Shown: one piece after another, positions 51,497 through 61,142 of the stretch
Layout of the letters: every line of letters begins with the position of its first letter
How positions within the stretch are numbered: position 1 is the first letter of the stretch
Source of the DNA: Reclinomonas americana ATCC 50394
Taxonomy: Eukaryota
Direction: 5' to 3'
Length of the DNA stretch: 64,000 bases
NCBI GenBank assembly: GCA_048213135.1
Contig: PS015009.1
Coordinates: 1,674,001-1,738,000 of the forward strand
Program-made: the position numbers and the translations under genes
Notes under the pieces: generated by a model
Databases searched by the model: none
What the model was told of the DNA's origin: nothing
The model's input: only the letters and a program-made list of their open reading frames with translations

Positions 51497-52138
51497 ATGC
51501 CTTCAATCGCCGATATCCGCAAGGACTATAAGCTGAAAAGTCTCTCAGAAAATGATGTGGCCGCCGATCCTGTCGAGCAGTTTGGCCGCTGGTGGAACGA
51601 AGCCGTACAAAGCGAGCTGGAAGAAGTGAACGCCATGACGCTGGCAACAGCAACGGCAGATGGGCGCCCGGCTGCCCGCATTGTGTTGCTGAAAGACTAT
51701 AATGAAGAAGGGTTTGTCTTCTTTACCAATTACGACAGCCATAAAGGCGAGGAAATGAAAGACAACCCCTATGCGGCTCTTGTCTTCTTCTGGGCTGCGC
51801 TGGAAAGGCAGGTAAGGATTGAAGGCACGGTAGAAAAAGTACCGGCAGAAGAAAGCGACGCTTATTTTGTGTCACGCCCCCGGGGCAGCCGCATCGGTGC
51901 CTGGGCGTCGCCGCAGAGTAAAGTGATCAGTAGCAGGGAAGTAGTGGAGAAAAATGTAACGGCAATGGAGCGGCAGTTTGGCGAAGGCGATATTCCCCGC
52001 CCGCAGCACTGGGGTGGTTACCGCGTAAAACCGGTGCTTATCGAGTTCTGGCAGGGCAGGCCCAGCCGCTTGCACGACCGTATCCTTTATACAGCGGATG
52101 ATGCCGGTAAATGGAAGATTGAGCGGTTGGCTCCCTAA
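51497..52138 (+). CDS. pdxH: Pyridoxamine 5'-phosphate oxidase
   Basis: [49 protein letters not shown]. Confidence 0.97.
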   Translation: MPSIADIRKDYKLKSLSENDVAADPVEQFGRWWNEAVQSELEEVNAMTLATATADGRPAARIVLLKDYNEEGFVFFTNYDSHKGEEMKDNPYAALVFFWAALERQVRIEGTVEKVPAEESDAYFVSRPRGSRIGAWASPQSKVISSREVVEKNVTAMERQFGEGDIPRPQHWGGYRVKPVLIEFWQGRPSRLHDRILYTADDAGKWKIERLAP

Positions 52139-52198
52139 ACAAAACAAGGTTTAACCGTGTGGGTCAAACCTTGTGCGAACATGGTTCCTGTTACAGGA

Positions 52199-52309
52199 TT
52201 ATGCTTTTTTCTTAGCGGCAGCTTTTTTGGCTGGCTTGGCCGGCCTTGACTTTCCGAAAGAACCGCTGAATACTTTTCCTTTTTTGGTTTTGATATCTCC
52301 GCGTCCCAT
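52199..52309 (-). CDS. 30S ribosomal protein bTHX (Thx), 36 aa
   Basis: Manual translation MGRGDIKTKKGKVFSGSFGKSRPAKPAKKAAAKKKA; own TACATTTG box at 52337-52344; too short for the ORF track. Confidence 0.9.
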   Translation of the reverse strand: MGRGDIKTKKGKVFSGSFGKSRPAKPAKKAAAKKKA

Positions 52310-52349
52310 ATAATTATTTTTTGTTGGTTAATGCTGCAAATGTATAACA

Positions 52350-52383
52350 AAAAAAGCAAGGGCTTTGAAGCACCTTGCTTTTT
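52350..52383 (-). terminator. Intrinsic terminator after hup
   Basis: AAAAAGCAAGG...CCTTGCTTTTT. Confidence 0.75.
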
Positions 52384-52401
52384 AATGTGTTGATTGCAAA
52401 A

Positions 52402-52671
52402 TCAGATTTTGGCAGATAATTCTTTACCAGCTTTGAACTTAGCAACTTTCTTGGCTTTGATTTTGATAACTGCACCAGTTTGTGGGTTGCGGCCGTTACG
52501 GGCAGACCTTTTTGATACAGAGAAAGTACCAAAACCTACCAATGTTACTTTACCACCACCTTTTAAAGTTTTGGTAACCGCTTCAACAAAAGAATCCAGA
52601 GCGGCGTTAGCCTGAGTTTTTGTGATACCTGCGTCATCAGCAAGTTTTGAAATTAATTCAGCTTTGTTCAT
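52402..52671 (-). CDS. hup: DNA-binding protein HU
   Basis: MNKAELI, VTLVGFGTFSV, RNGRNPQTG, FKAGKEL; TATATTTG box at 52701-52708. Confidence 0.97.
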   Translation of the reverse strand: MNKAELISKLADDAGITKTQANAALDSFVEAVTKTLKGGGKVTLVGFGTFSVSKRSARNGRNPQTGAVIKIKAKKVAKFKAGKELSAKI

Positions 52672-52966
52672 GATGATTTTTTTAAAAATTTTAAGTGGAA
52701 CAAATATATAGGGTTTTTGATTGTAACAATAATTTTTTTAGTAAAAAAATAAAAAGGGGAAAACCGCTGTAAACCGCAAGCAATAAGGATTTTGGCAGGA
52801 AATGATCAGCCGGAAACGGCCCAGCAATTGCAATGACACTCCCTAAAACCCTTACTGGTGGCTGATTCTGTAATTATTCCGACGAAAACCACGCCCCCGG
52901 CGGCTTGCAGGGGAATATACAAACGTTTCGTAATAACCGGGAGGTGTAATTTATTGTTTTGCACAA

Positions 52967-53272
52967 TTAGTTAACAACCTGCATTACCGACCGGAAAGCG
53001 ATGAACTGGTCACCCCATTTGTCGTAGCCCCGCTGCCGCATATCGCTGGCGAAATTCTCAATATACCGGTTGTATAAAGCCTTGCTTTCAGCGTGGTATT
53101 GTATGGCATAAGTGGGACCTTCGGTATCGTCCACTTCCACCAGGCGCAGGATAACGGCATGGGTAAAACAACCGGTGCCGATCACATCGGGAATGTGTTC
53201 GTTTTTCATCCACTCCAGCCAATCTGTACTGATTGCATCGGCTACTTTTATGGTTACGTTGTAAATGATCAT
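52967..53272 (-). CDS. DUF4286 family protein
   Basis: MIIYNVT...WLEWM..EHIP.V..TG.F, GPTYAIQY. Confidence 0.85.
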   Translation of the reverse strand: MIIYNVTIKVADAISTDWLEWMKNEHIPDVIGTGCFTHAVILRLVEVDDTEGPTYAIQYHAESKALYNRYIENFASDMRQRGYDKWGDQFIAFRSVMQVVN

Positions 53273-53283
53273 GACGTAATAGG

Positions 53284-54051
53284 CTAAACTTTTATTTCCA
53301 AAAAAATCGGGCAGTGATCGCTGTGTTTCACTTCAGGATATATCTCCGCATCCTTCAATTGTTTTCTCAGCGGTTCCGTAACACAGATATAGTCGATGCG
53401 CCAGCCTTTATTGTTGAGGCGCACACTGGGGAAACGCTGGCTCCACCAGCTGTAGCGGTGCGGCTCGGGATGGAATTCACGGAAAGTGTCTATCCACCCG
53501 CTTTCTAAAAACTTTGTCATCCAGGCCCTTTCTTCGGGTAAAAAGCCACTGCTGTTCTTATTGCCTTTAGGATCGTGGATGTCGATCTCTTTATGAGCGA
53601 TATTATAATCGCCGGTAAGAATAAGTTTAGGGTGTTTCTTTTTTAATTTTTCCAGGTAAGCGTGAAACTCATCCAGCCATACATATTTGAAAGCTTGTCT
53701 TTCCTCGCCGGATGTACCAGAAGGGAAATAAGCGTTGATTAGCCGCACATCGCCGAACTGCAATTGTATTACCCGCCCTTCGGCGTCACTTGATGGCAAG
53801 CCGCAGCCGATCTGCACTTCATCAGGTTTTATTTTGGTGAAGACGGCCACGCCGCTGTATCCTTTTTTCTCCGCACTGAACCAATGGTGATGAAAGCCCA
53901 GATCTTCAAGCAGTTTAACATCCACATCGCCCTGGGTGGCCTTGGTTTCCTGTAAACAAATGACATCGGCCGGATTGGTCTTGAGCCAGTCGATAAAACC
54001 TTTTTTTAAAGCGGCCCTTATGCCGTTAACGTTATAAGAAATGATTCGCAT
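53284..54051 (-). CDS. xth: Exodeoxyribonuclease III
   Basis: ISYNVNGIRA, CLQETK, GYSGV, GDYNIAH, GWRIDY, SDHCP. Confidence 0.96.
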   Translation of the reverse strand: MRIISYNVNGIRAALKKGFIDWLKTNPADVICLQETKATQGDVDVKLLEDLGFHHHWFSAEKKGYSGVAVFTKIKPDEVQIGCGLPSSDAEGRVIQLQFGDVRLINAYFPSGTSGEERQAFKYVWLDEFHAYLEKLKKKHPKLILTGDYNIAHKEIDIHDPKGNKNSSGFLPEERAWMTKFLESGWIDTFREFHPEPHRYSWWSQRFPSVRLNNKGWRIDYICVTEPLRKQLKDAEIYPEVKHSDHCPIFLEIKV

Positions 54052-54133
54052 GGTTGGAATATATTGGTACAATAAAGGAACAATTTCCTGTTCTGCATAG
54101 TTACAAAAAAAGCGATACATTCATTATCCGATT

Positions 54134-55069
54134 ATGGAAAGGTTAAAAGATTTTGATAGTTTTTATGAGCAAAAACTGGCGCCTCTGCTGAAGGACCTGC
54201 GATTGCAGTCGGAGCGTTCCCGAACCTGGGGCGGTGTCGCCATCGCATCAGCGGTGACCATGCTTATTTCTTTTGGTATTTACCTCACATCCGAATTACC
54301 GGATATGAGCGGTTGGATAGCGCTGATATCATTAATTCTGTTAATCGTTTCCATCTACCGGTACACCCTTCAGCGCGATAATTATGTAGATGATTTTAAG
54401 GAGAAAGTGATCCGGCAGATTGTCAACTATCTTCTGCCGGATGTTGTTTATAAGCCCTCCTCCTTTGTGGCTTCAAAGGAATACAAAGTGAGCGGCCTCT
54501 TCCGGCAAAAGTATTCGCATATTGATGGGGATGATTACCTGCAGGGCATTTATAAAGGTGTAAAGTTTCATTGTTCGGAACTGCATACAGAGTATGAGGC
54601 TACACCGCAAGGCGGGCTGGAAACTATTTTTAAAGGATTGTTCTTTGTCGCTGAACCTGCATCGGGTTTTTATGGCGGCACTTACGTATGGACAAAAGGA
54701 GATGAACAGTTACCCCGGAGTATGGCCGATGAACACTTTCGCATGTACAACCTGCCCGCTGTGAGCCGCTTATATACCGGTCACCCTGAGTTTGATAAAC
54801 AATACAGCGTGTACAGTACTGATGTAAGTGAAGCCGCAGCCATTGTTACCCCAACAATGATGGAGCTGATGGTAAATTTTAAAAAGCAATTACAGCGGGA
54901 TGTGGTATACTCTTTTGTGGGCGGGCGTTGCTATGTGGCTATCCCTATTACAGAGAATCTGCTCGAGCCTGGCCCGGATCTCGAAGACAGGGAAGCAATT
55001 AAAGAATATTTCTTTACCATATTACTTGTACTGAGCATCATCAATCAGCTGCATCTCGATAACCTTTGA
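54134..55069 (+). CDS. DUF3137-like membrane protein
   Basis: Two N-terminal TM helices, FKEKVI, GDDYLQG, FKGLFFVA, FDKQYSVYSTD. Confidence 0.75.
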   Translation: MERLKDFDSFYEQKLAPLLKDLRLQSERSRTWGGVAIASAVTMLISFGIYLTSELPDMSGWIALISLILLIVSIYRYTLQRDNYVDDFKEKVIRQIVNYLLPDVVYKPSSFVASKEYKVSGLFRQKYSHIDGDDYLQGIYKGVKFHCSELHTEYEATPQGGLETIFKGLFFVAEPASGFYGGTYVWTKGDEQLPRSMADEHFRMYNLPAVSRLYTGHPEFDKQYSVYSTDVSEAAAIVTPTMMELMVNFKKQLQRDVVYSFVGGRCYVAIPITENLLEPGPDLEDREAIKEYFFTILLVLSIINQLHLDNL

Positions 55070-55073
55070 TCTT

Positions 55074-57803
55074 TTATGCATCGTACTCCAGCACGGGGCG
55101 CAGCCAGCGTTCCACTTCGGCAACGGGCATGTTTTTTCTCCGGGCATAATCGAGTACCTGGTCCTTTTCAATCTTACCAATGCCAAAATATTTACTGTCG
55201 GGGTGAGCAAAATACCAGCCCGAAACAGATGATGCCGGGTACATGGCCAGTGATTCAGTCAATTGTATACCGGTGGCTTCCCGGCCGCCGAGCAGTTGGA
55301 AGAGTTTGTGTTTTTCAGTATGATCGGGACAGGCGGGATAACCCGGTGCAGGCCTGATGCCCTGGTATGCTTCGCGGATCAGCTCTTCGTTGCTGAAGTG
55401 CTCTTCTTTAACATAACCCCAATACTCCTGTCTTGTTCTTTCATGCAGTACTTCGGCGAATGCCTCGGCCAACCTGTCGGCCAGGGCTTGCAAAATGATC
55501 TTATTATAGTCGTCGTGGGCCGCTTCAAAACGTTTGATGTGCGGTTCAATACCTTCAATGGTTACAGCAAAAGCGCCCATATAGTCCTGTATATTTATTT
55601 CAGCCGGGGCAATAAAATCCGCCAGCGACAGGTTGGGTTGCCCGGCTGCTTTTTTTACCTGCTGCCGCAGGAATTCCAGGTCAATCGTTTCTCCGCCGTT
55701 ATACAATGTTACGGTATCCGGCGCTGTTCTTTCTGCCGGCCAGAAGCCGATGGCGCCTTTCGCGTTGAGCCATTTTTCACTGATGAGCTGCTGCAGCAAT
55801 TGCTGTGCGTCGTTGTACAGTTTGGTGGCTTCTGTTCCTATTATACTGTCGGTTAATATGGCCGGGAACTTACCATGCATTTCCCAGGCAATGAAAAAAG
55901 GCTGCCAGTCGATGTAGCGGGCGATCTCCGCCAGGTCATAACTGTCAAATGTTTTGGTGCCGGTAAAAGAAGGTGTTACGGGTTGATAAACCGGCCAGTC
56001 TATCGCGGCGCCGTTCTTTTGCGCTTCGGTGAAGGGCAGGTAGTTCTTCACGGTTTTTTTGTTGCCAAAATCCACCTGCAGCTTTTCATACTCCTTCTTT
56101 ATATCAAGCAGGAAAGGCGCTTTTTGTTCTTCACTCAGCAGGCTGCCGGCCACGGTTACACTGCGGCTGGCATCAAGTACATGCACTACACCATCATCAT
56201 ACTGAGGAGCTATTTTTACTGCCGTATGCATACGCGATGTGGTAGCGCCGCCAATGAGCAGGGGGAGTTTCATATTGCGGCGTTTCATTTCATGCGCCAC
56301 GTGTACCATTTCATCGAGAGAAGGAGTGATAAGGCCGCTCAGCCCGATGATATCTACTTTTTCTTTTTCCGCGGTCTCCAGTATTTTGTCGGTAGGTACC
56401 ATTACACCCAGGTCAATAATATCATAACCATTACAACCAAGTACCACGCCTACAATGTTTTTACCAATGTCATGCACATCGCCTTTTACCGTGGCGAGTA
56501 ATATTTTTGCGGGGCCTTTACTTTCTTCACCAGCCTGGCCATTGGCCGCGGCATTGCTGAGCCTTTCCGCTTTTTCCTGTTCAATGAACGGAGTAAGTAC
56601 GGCAACAGCTTTCTTCATCACCCTGGCACTTTTCACTACCTGGGGCAGGAACATTTTACCGGCGCCGAAAAGATCGCCTACTACGTTCATGCCGTCCATC
56701 AGCGGGCCTTCGATCACATCAAGCGGTTTGGGATATTTTAAACGGGCTTCTTCAGTATCCGCATCAATATAATCGGTGATGCCGTTCACCAGTGAATGCG
56801 CCAGCCTTTTTTCAACAGGCTCCTGGCGCCATTTTTCATCCTTTACTTCTGTTTTGCCCTTGGCCTTTACCGTTTCGGCAAAAGCGATCAGTTTTTCAGT
56901 GGCTTCATTATTGTCATTGTTCCTGTTCAGCAGCACATCTTCACACAACTCACGCAGCGTGGGTTCAATTTCGTCGTATACCACCAGTTGCCCGGCATTA
57001 ACGATACCCATATCCATTCCCGCGCTGATGGCGTAATACAGAAACACGCTGTGAATGGCTTCCCTTACGTGATCGTTGCCGCGGAAGGAGAAAGATACAT
57101 TACTTACGCCGCCGCTTACTTTGGCCAGTGGCATCAATCGTTTGATCTCACGTGTGGCTTCAATAAAATCCACCGCGTAGTTGTTGTGTTCTTCTATGCC
57201 GGTAGCAACGGCAAAAATGTTGGGATCGAAGATGATATCCTGCGGATCGTAACCTACCTGTTCTGTCAGTATTTTATAAGCCCGGTGGCAAATCTCGATC
57301 TTACGTTCACGGGTATCGGCCTGGCCGGTTTCATCAAATGCCATTACAATGACTGAAGCACCATAACTTTTACAGATGAACGCCTGTTCAATGAATTTTT
57401 CTTCGCCTTCTTTGAGTGATATGGAGTTCACGATGCATTTGCCCTGTACGCATTTCAGCCCGGCTTCAATGATCTCGAATTTGGAAGAATCGATCATTAC
57501 AGGAATACGGGCAATATCGGGTTCCGACTGAACAAGATTGAGGAAAGTGGTCATGGCGCTTACGCCATCGAGGAGGGCGTCGTCCATGTTAACGTCTATC
57601 ACCTGTGCGCCGCTTTCTACCTGCTGGCGGGCAACAGACAAGGCTTCTTCGTACAATCCTTCACGGATCAGCCGGGCGAATTTTTTACTGCCGGTAACGT
57701 TAGTACGCTCACCAACATTCACGAAATTGGTTTCAGGACGAATGGTAAGCGGTTCCAGGCCGCTCAGCCTCAGGAATGGAGAAATATGTATCGGGTCACT
57801 CAT
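55074..57803 (-). CDS. metH: Cobalamin-dependent methionine synthase, pterin-binding/B12-binding/AdoMet-activation part
   Basis: [56 protein letters not shown]. Confidence 0.97.
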   Translation of the reverse strand: MSDPIHISPFLRLSGLEPLTIRPETNFVNVGERTNVTGSKKFARLIREGLYEEALSVARQQVESGAQVIDVNMDDALLDGVSAMTTFLNLVQSEPDIARIPVMIDSSKFEIIEAGLKCVQGKCIVNSISLKEGEEKFIEQAFICKSYGASVIVMAFDETGQADTRERKIEICHRAYKILTEQVGYDPQDIIFDPNIFAVATGIEEHNNYAVDFIEATREIKRLMPLAKVSGGVSNVSFSFRGNDHVREAIHSVFLYYAISAGMDMGIVNAGQLVVYDEIEPTLRELCEDVLLNRNNDNNEATEKLIAFAETVKAKGKTEVKDEKWRQEPVEKRLAHSLVNGITDYIDADTEEARLKYPKPLDVIEGPLMDGMNVVGDLFGAGKMFLPQVVKSARVMKKAVAVLTPFIEQEKAERLSNAAANGQAGEESKGPAKILLATVKGDVHDIGKNIVGVVLGCNGYDIIDLGVMVPTDKILETAEKEKVDIIGLSGLITPSLDEMVHVAHEMKRRNMKLPLLIGGATTSRMHTAVKIAPQYDDGVVHVLDASRSVTVAGSLLSEEQKAPFLLDIKKEYEKLQVDFGNKKTVKNYLPFTEAQKNGAAIDWPVYQPVTPSFTGTKTFDSYDLAEIARYIDWQPFFIAWEMHGKFPAILTDSIIGTEATKLYNDAQQLLQQLISEKWLNAKGAIGFWPAERTAPDTVTLYNGGETIDLEFLRQQVKKAAGQPNLSLADFIAPAEINIQDYMGAFAVTIEGIEPHIKRFEAAHDDYNKIILQALADRLAEAFAEVLHERTRQEYWGYVKEEHFSNEELIREAYQGIRPAPGYPACPDHTEKHKLFQLLGGREATGIQLTESLAMYPASSVSGWYFAHPDSKYFGIGKIEKDQVLDYARRKNMPVAEVERWLRPVLEYDA

Positions 57804-57808
57804 GTTCA

Positions 57809-57837
57809 AAATCAAAATTCAAAAGTAAAAAATCAAA
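57809..57837. repeat. A-rich 7-mer periodic element, identical to 26702-26730
   Basis: 29/29 identity by eye: AAATCAAAATTCAAAAGTAAAAAATCAAA. Confidence 0.75.
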
Positions 57838-57876
57838 TATTTCACGCGAAGATGAATTCATCATTCACACTGTTTC

Positions 57877-58896
57877 TTAGCTGTCTAAGGTCTCTTCCAT
57901 CACCGGCAAAGGCCTCGGTGCAAATTGTTTTACATGCTCCGCTATATGGTGTATGTGCTGCGGAGTGGTGCCACAGCAACCACCAACAATATTGAGCCAG
58001 CCACTGGCAGCCCACTCTTCAATGATATGGGCGGTTTCGTGGGGTTGTTCATCATACTCACCAAATGCGTTAGGCAGGCCGGCATTGGGATAGGCCGATG
58101 TAAAGCAACCGGCTATCTGGGACAACTCTTCTATATGCGGCCTCATTTCAGAAGCACCCAAAGCGCAATTCAACCCTATACTCAGGGGTTTGGCGTGCAT
58201 AACGGAAACGTAAAATGCTTCCAGTGTTTGTCCGCTCAGCGTACGGCCCGACGCATCGGTAATGGTACCGCTGATCATAATGGGTAGTTCTGGTTTCCGC
58301 TGTGTTCTGAAATAATTTTTTATGGCATAGATGGCCGCTTTGGCGTTAAGCGTATCAAAGATGGTCTCGATCAGCAGCAGGTCCACACCACCGTCAACCA
58401 ACCCGCCAATCTGTTCGGTATAGGCCTTGGCCACTTCATCGAAAGTAACGGCACGAAAACCCGGGTTGTTTACATCGGGTGAAAGGCTCAGTGTTTTATT
58501 GAGCGGACCGATGGCACCTGCTACAAACCTGGGTTTGGAAGGATCTTTGGCAGTATAAGCATCCGCGGCCCTGCGGGCGATGCGTGCACCTTCGAGGTTC
58601 ATCTCGTAGGCCAGCGACTCCATTTCGTAATCGGCCTGTGCAATGAAAGTGGAAGCGAATGTGTTGGTTTCAATAATATCGGCGCCAGCCTCCAGGTATT
58701 GACGGTGTATATCTTCAATGATCTGCGGCTGTGTAAGATTCAGCAGGTCGCTGTTGTTCTTCACATCAATATGCCAGTCCTTAAAACGTTCGCCCCGATA
58801 GGTGGCTTCCGTAGGTTTGTGTTTCTGGATCATGGTGCCCATGGCCCCGTCGATGATCAGTATCCGCTGCTGCAATATCTTTTCTATTGGGTGCAT
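57877..58896 (-). CDS. metH: Methionine synthase homocysteine-binding (Hcy S-methyltransferase) part
   Basis: [47 protein letters not shown]. Confidence 0.95.
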   Translation of the reverse strand: MHPIEKILQQRILIIDGAMGTMIQKHKPTEATYRGERFKDWHIDVKNNSDLLNLTQPQIIEDIHRQYLEAGADIIETNTFASTFIAQADYEMESLAYEMNLEGARIARRAADAYTAKDPSKPRFVAGAIGPLNKTLSLSPDVNNPGFRAVTFDEVAKAYTEQIGGLVDGGVDLLLIETIFDTLNAKAAIYAIKNYFRTQRKPELPIMISGTITDASGRTLSGQTLEAFYVSVMHAKPLSIGLNCALGASEMRPHIEELSQIAGCFTSAYPNAGLPNAFGEYDEQPHETAHIIEEWAASGWLNIVGGCCGTTPQHIHHIAEHVKQFAPRPLPVMEETLDS

Positions 58897-58984
58897 AACA
58901 AAATAGTTTAACCACCCGGTGGCAGCTATTGTAAAATGACCTTAACTGTAAACGATAACGAATCCGTGGAGAAAATAGGAAATG

Positions 58985-59040
58985 CCCTCGTTTATTAGTT
59001 CAGTTTTTTACAGGCCTGACAATAAACAAATCCGCCTGGG
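58985..59040 (-). promoter_or_regulatory. SAM-II-class riboswitch
   Basis: Minus strand CAGGC-GGAUUU-GUUUAUUGUCAG-GCCUG-UAAAAAA-CUG-A-AC-U-AAUAAAC forms an H-type pseudoknot with the SAM-II core. It sits just after a TAATTTTG -7 box (59048-59055) and upstream of metH. Confidence 0.8.
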
Positions 59041-59090
59041 TATACTGCAAAATTATAATAAGAAAGCCATAACACAAAATGTTATGGTTA

Positions 59091-59246
59091 CGGGTAGTGT
59101 GCCCGTTTGAACCTTGTTTCTTCGGGTCATACCGAGGTAACGAGGTATCTATCGTCAAAGGAAGCGAGATTCCTTCCCGATATCGTTCCTCATCGGGACA
59201 GGCTCTTTCGTCGGAATGATCCAAAATGAAACTGTAACACTACCTG
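59091..59246 (-). ncRNA. ssrS: 6S RNA (6S-Flavo-like); strand inferred
   Basis: Closing stem GGTAGTGT/ACACTACC; minus strand reads GGUAGUGUUACAGUUUCAUUUUGG...GGUUCAAACGGGCACACUACC, which matches my recollection of the Bacteroidota 6S motif. Confidence 0.72.
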
Positions 59247-59286
59247 GTCAGGGATGACCTAACCATTTGAAACAGAGGAATGCCTG

Positions 59287-59832
59287 TTAACGCTTCTCGT
59301 ACGAACAATTTACGGTAACCTGTATGGTTTCGGCGATATTGTTGCGTACCGCGGCAGGTATGCTGATCTTATAATCTTTTGGATTGACGCTGAATACACA
59401 GGAGGCCGACAGTTTTCCTCCTTTAACTGTAACGGTGCCGGGTACGGTAATGCGCTGGGTTACGCCATGCAGGGTAAGATCGCCGGTAACGGATACCTGG
59501 TAAGCACCATCTGCCGATGTGTTGATGGCGGCCGGGTTGCTGATGGTACCCTTAAATGTGGATTTAGGATACTTATCGCTTTCTATATAATCAGCATTGA
59601 AATGTTCTTCCATCAATGCCTTTTCAAAATGGAAAGCATTGTTCAGCAGGGAAAATTGTACTTCACCTGTACTGGTATTGAGCACGCTGATGACCTGGTT
59701 GTTATCGGCCTGTATGTTTTCCAGCATGGCTTTGGAAAAAAAAGAGATCCGTCCGTTCTTGGTAAAATATTGCTGGGCGGCGGAGGTGTAGCTTATGCCG
59801 GCAAATAGTAATACTGCGATGATCTTCTTCAT
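59287..59832 (-). CDS. YceI-family protein
   Basis: Signal peptide; ISFFSKA..ENI.A, F.FEKALMEEHFN..YIESDKYPKSTF, GDLTLHGVT. Confidence 0.9.
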   Translation of the reverse strand: MKKIIAVLLFAGISYTSAAQQYFTKNGRISFFSKAMLENIQADNNQVISVLNTSTGEVQFSLLNNAFHFEKALMEEHFNADYIESDKYPKSTFKGTISNPAAINTSADGAYQVSVTGDLTLHGVTQRITVPGTVTVKGGKLSASCVFSVNPKDYKISIPAAVRNNIAETIQVTVNCSYEKR

Positions 59833-60275
59833 TATTTATGATTTTCTGGTACATAATAACAGCGCACAAGGAATACGTCGCCGGGCAAACCCATGTCGGC
59901 ATCTCCTTCTATATAACCACTGCAGATGCCTTTAATGGTCGCAGCCTGCCCTTCGGATAATTTCGCGGATTTTTCTTCCATCGTACAGTTAACGGAAGCG
60001 CCGCCGGTAGCGGTTTTGAGGAGTATTACCTGTTGCTGTTGCCCGTTTTCGGAAATGCGGATTATGGTGCCGCTTACAGCTACCACCTGGTTGGTGTACA
60101 ACTGGCGGGCCTTAACAGAATCTGTAGTAAAAGCCTGGTATAACTGTACGGCAGTAACGGGAAGTGCATCGGCAGATCTGACATCTTTATGCGGTTTGTT
60201 CCACATTTTATAACCGATAAATCCGGCGGCCAGTAATAGTATGACCAGGGATATCCAGGTATTCCTTTTTTTCAT
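59832..60275 (-). CDS. OB-fold (tRNA_anti-like) membrane-anchored protein
   Basis: N-terminal TM, WNKPHKDV, LYQAF..D...A...Y, VSGTI, IKGICSG. Confidence 0.8.
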   Translation of the reverse strand: MKKRNTWISLVILLLAAGFIGYKMWNKPHKDVRSADALPVTAVQLYQAFTTDSVKARQLYTNQVVAVSGTIIRISENGQQQQVILLKTATGGASVNCTMEEKSAKLSEGQAATIKGICSGYIEGDADMGLPGDVFLVRCYYVPENHK

Positions 60276-60339
60276 TGACGAAAGAGACCGGTAAATGGTC
60301 CACTATACGAATCGGGGCGGGAAAGGAAAAGGTTGCTAC

Positions 60340-60963
60340 TCAGTTACCGGGACTGATGAAGTTTTCTACCGGTATGCGGTTGCTGATGCTTTTGGCCAGG
60401 GTCATTTCATCGGCATATTCCAGTTCGCCGCCAAAGGCGATGCCACGGGCAATGGTGGTGATCTTTACCGGAAGAGACTGCAGTTTTTTGCTGATATAAT
60501 ATATGGTAGTATCGCCTTGTATAGTAGGGCTGAGGGCGAAAATGATCTCTTCAATACCGTCATGCTGCGCTCTTTGTACCAGGGTGTCGATCATCAGCTG
60601 GTCGGGACCAATGCCATCAAGCGGTGAAATAATGCCACCCAGCACATGGTACACGCCATTGAACTGCTGCGTGCTTTCCACGGCGATCACGTCGCGGATA
60701 TTCTCTACAACACAAATAATATTCTGCCTGCGCAGGGTATTGGTGCAGATGCCGCAGAGAGGAGTATCGGAAATATTATGACAACGGGAACAAAAACGGA
60801 TGTCCTGCCTCATTTTTGACAAGGCCTCACTGAAATGCACTACTTCTGCTTCGTCCTGCTTTACCAGGTGCAGCACCAGCCGCAATGCTGTTTTTTTACC
60901 GATGCCCGGTAACTTGGCGAATTCATTAACGGCATTTTCCAAAAGTTGGGAAGAGAATTGCAT
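60340..60963 (-). CDS. recR: Recombination mediator RecR
   Basis: [16 protein letters not shown]...CGIC Zn finger, YHVLGG.ISP.DG, IARG...[11 protein letters not shown]. Confidence 0.97.
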   Translation of the reverse strand: MQFSSQLLENAVNEFAKLPGIGKKTALRLVLHLVKQDEAEVVHFSEALSKMRQDIRFCSRCHNISDTPLCGICTNTLRRQNIICVVENIRDVIAVESTQQFNGVYHVLGGIISPLDGIGPDQLMIDTLVQRAQHDGIEEIIFALSPTIQGDTTIYYISKKLQSLPVKITTIARGIAFGGELEYADEMTLAKSISNRIPVENFISPGN

Positions 60964-61142
60964 CGGGCAAAATTACGGTTTTTTATGGCGGACAATTACT
61001 GTCTGTAACTGGTATTGTGTTAAGCTGGAATAGAAGAAATCCCACAAAGTCACGAAGGCCGTGAAGCGTCAATAATTGAGTTAGGTATTTAACTCTCTTA
61101 GCGCCTTTTTGCGGGGAAAATATAAAAAGTGATACACTACCG

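Noticed and set aside
57804-57876. metH pseudogene or frameshift
   Set aside because: Both halves are intact, break at a domain boundary and have their own start and stop codons; a split metH is known in Bacteroidota.
59000-59224. 74-aa minus-strand ORF
   Set aside because: It overlaps the 6S-like RNA, the metH promoter and the riboswitch, and has no coding features.
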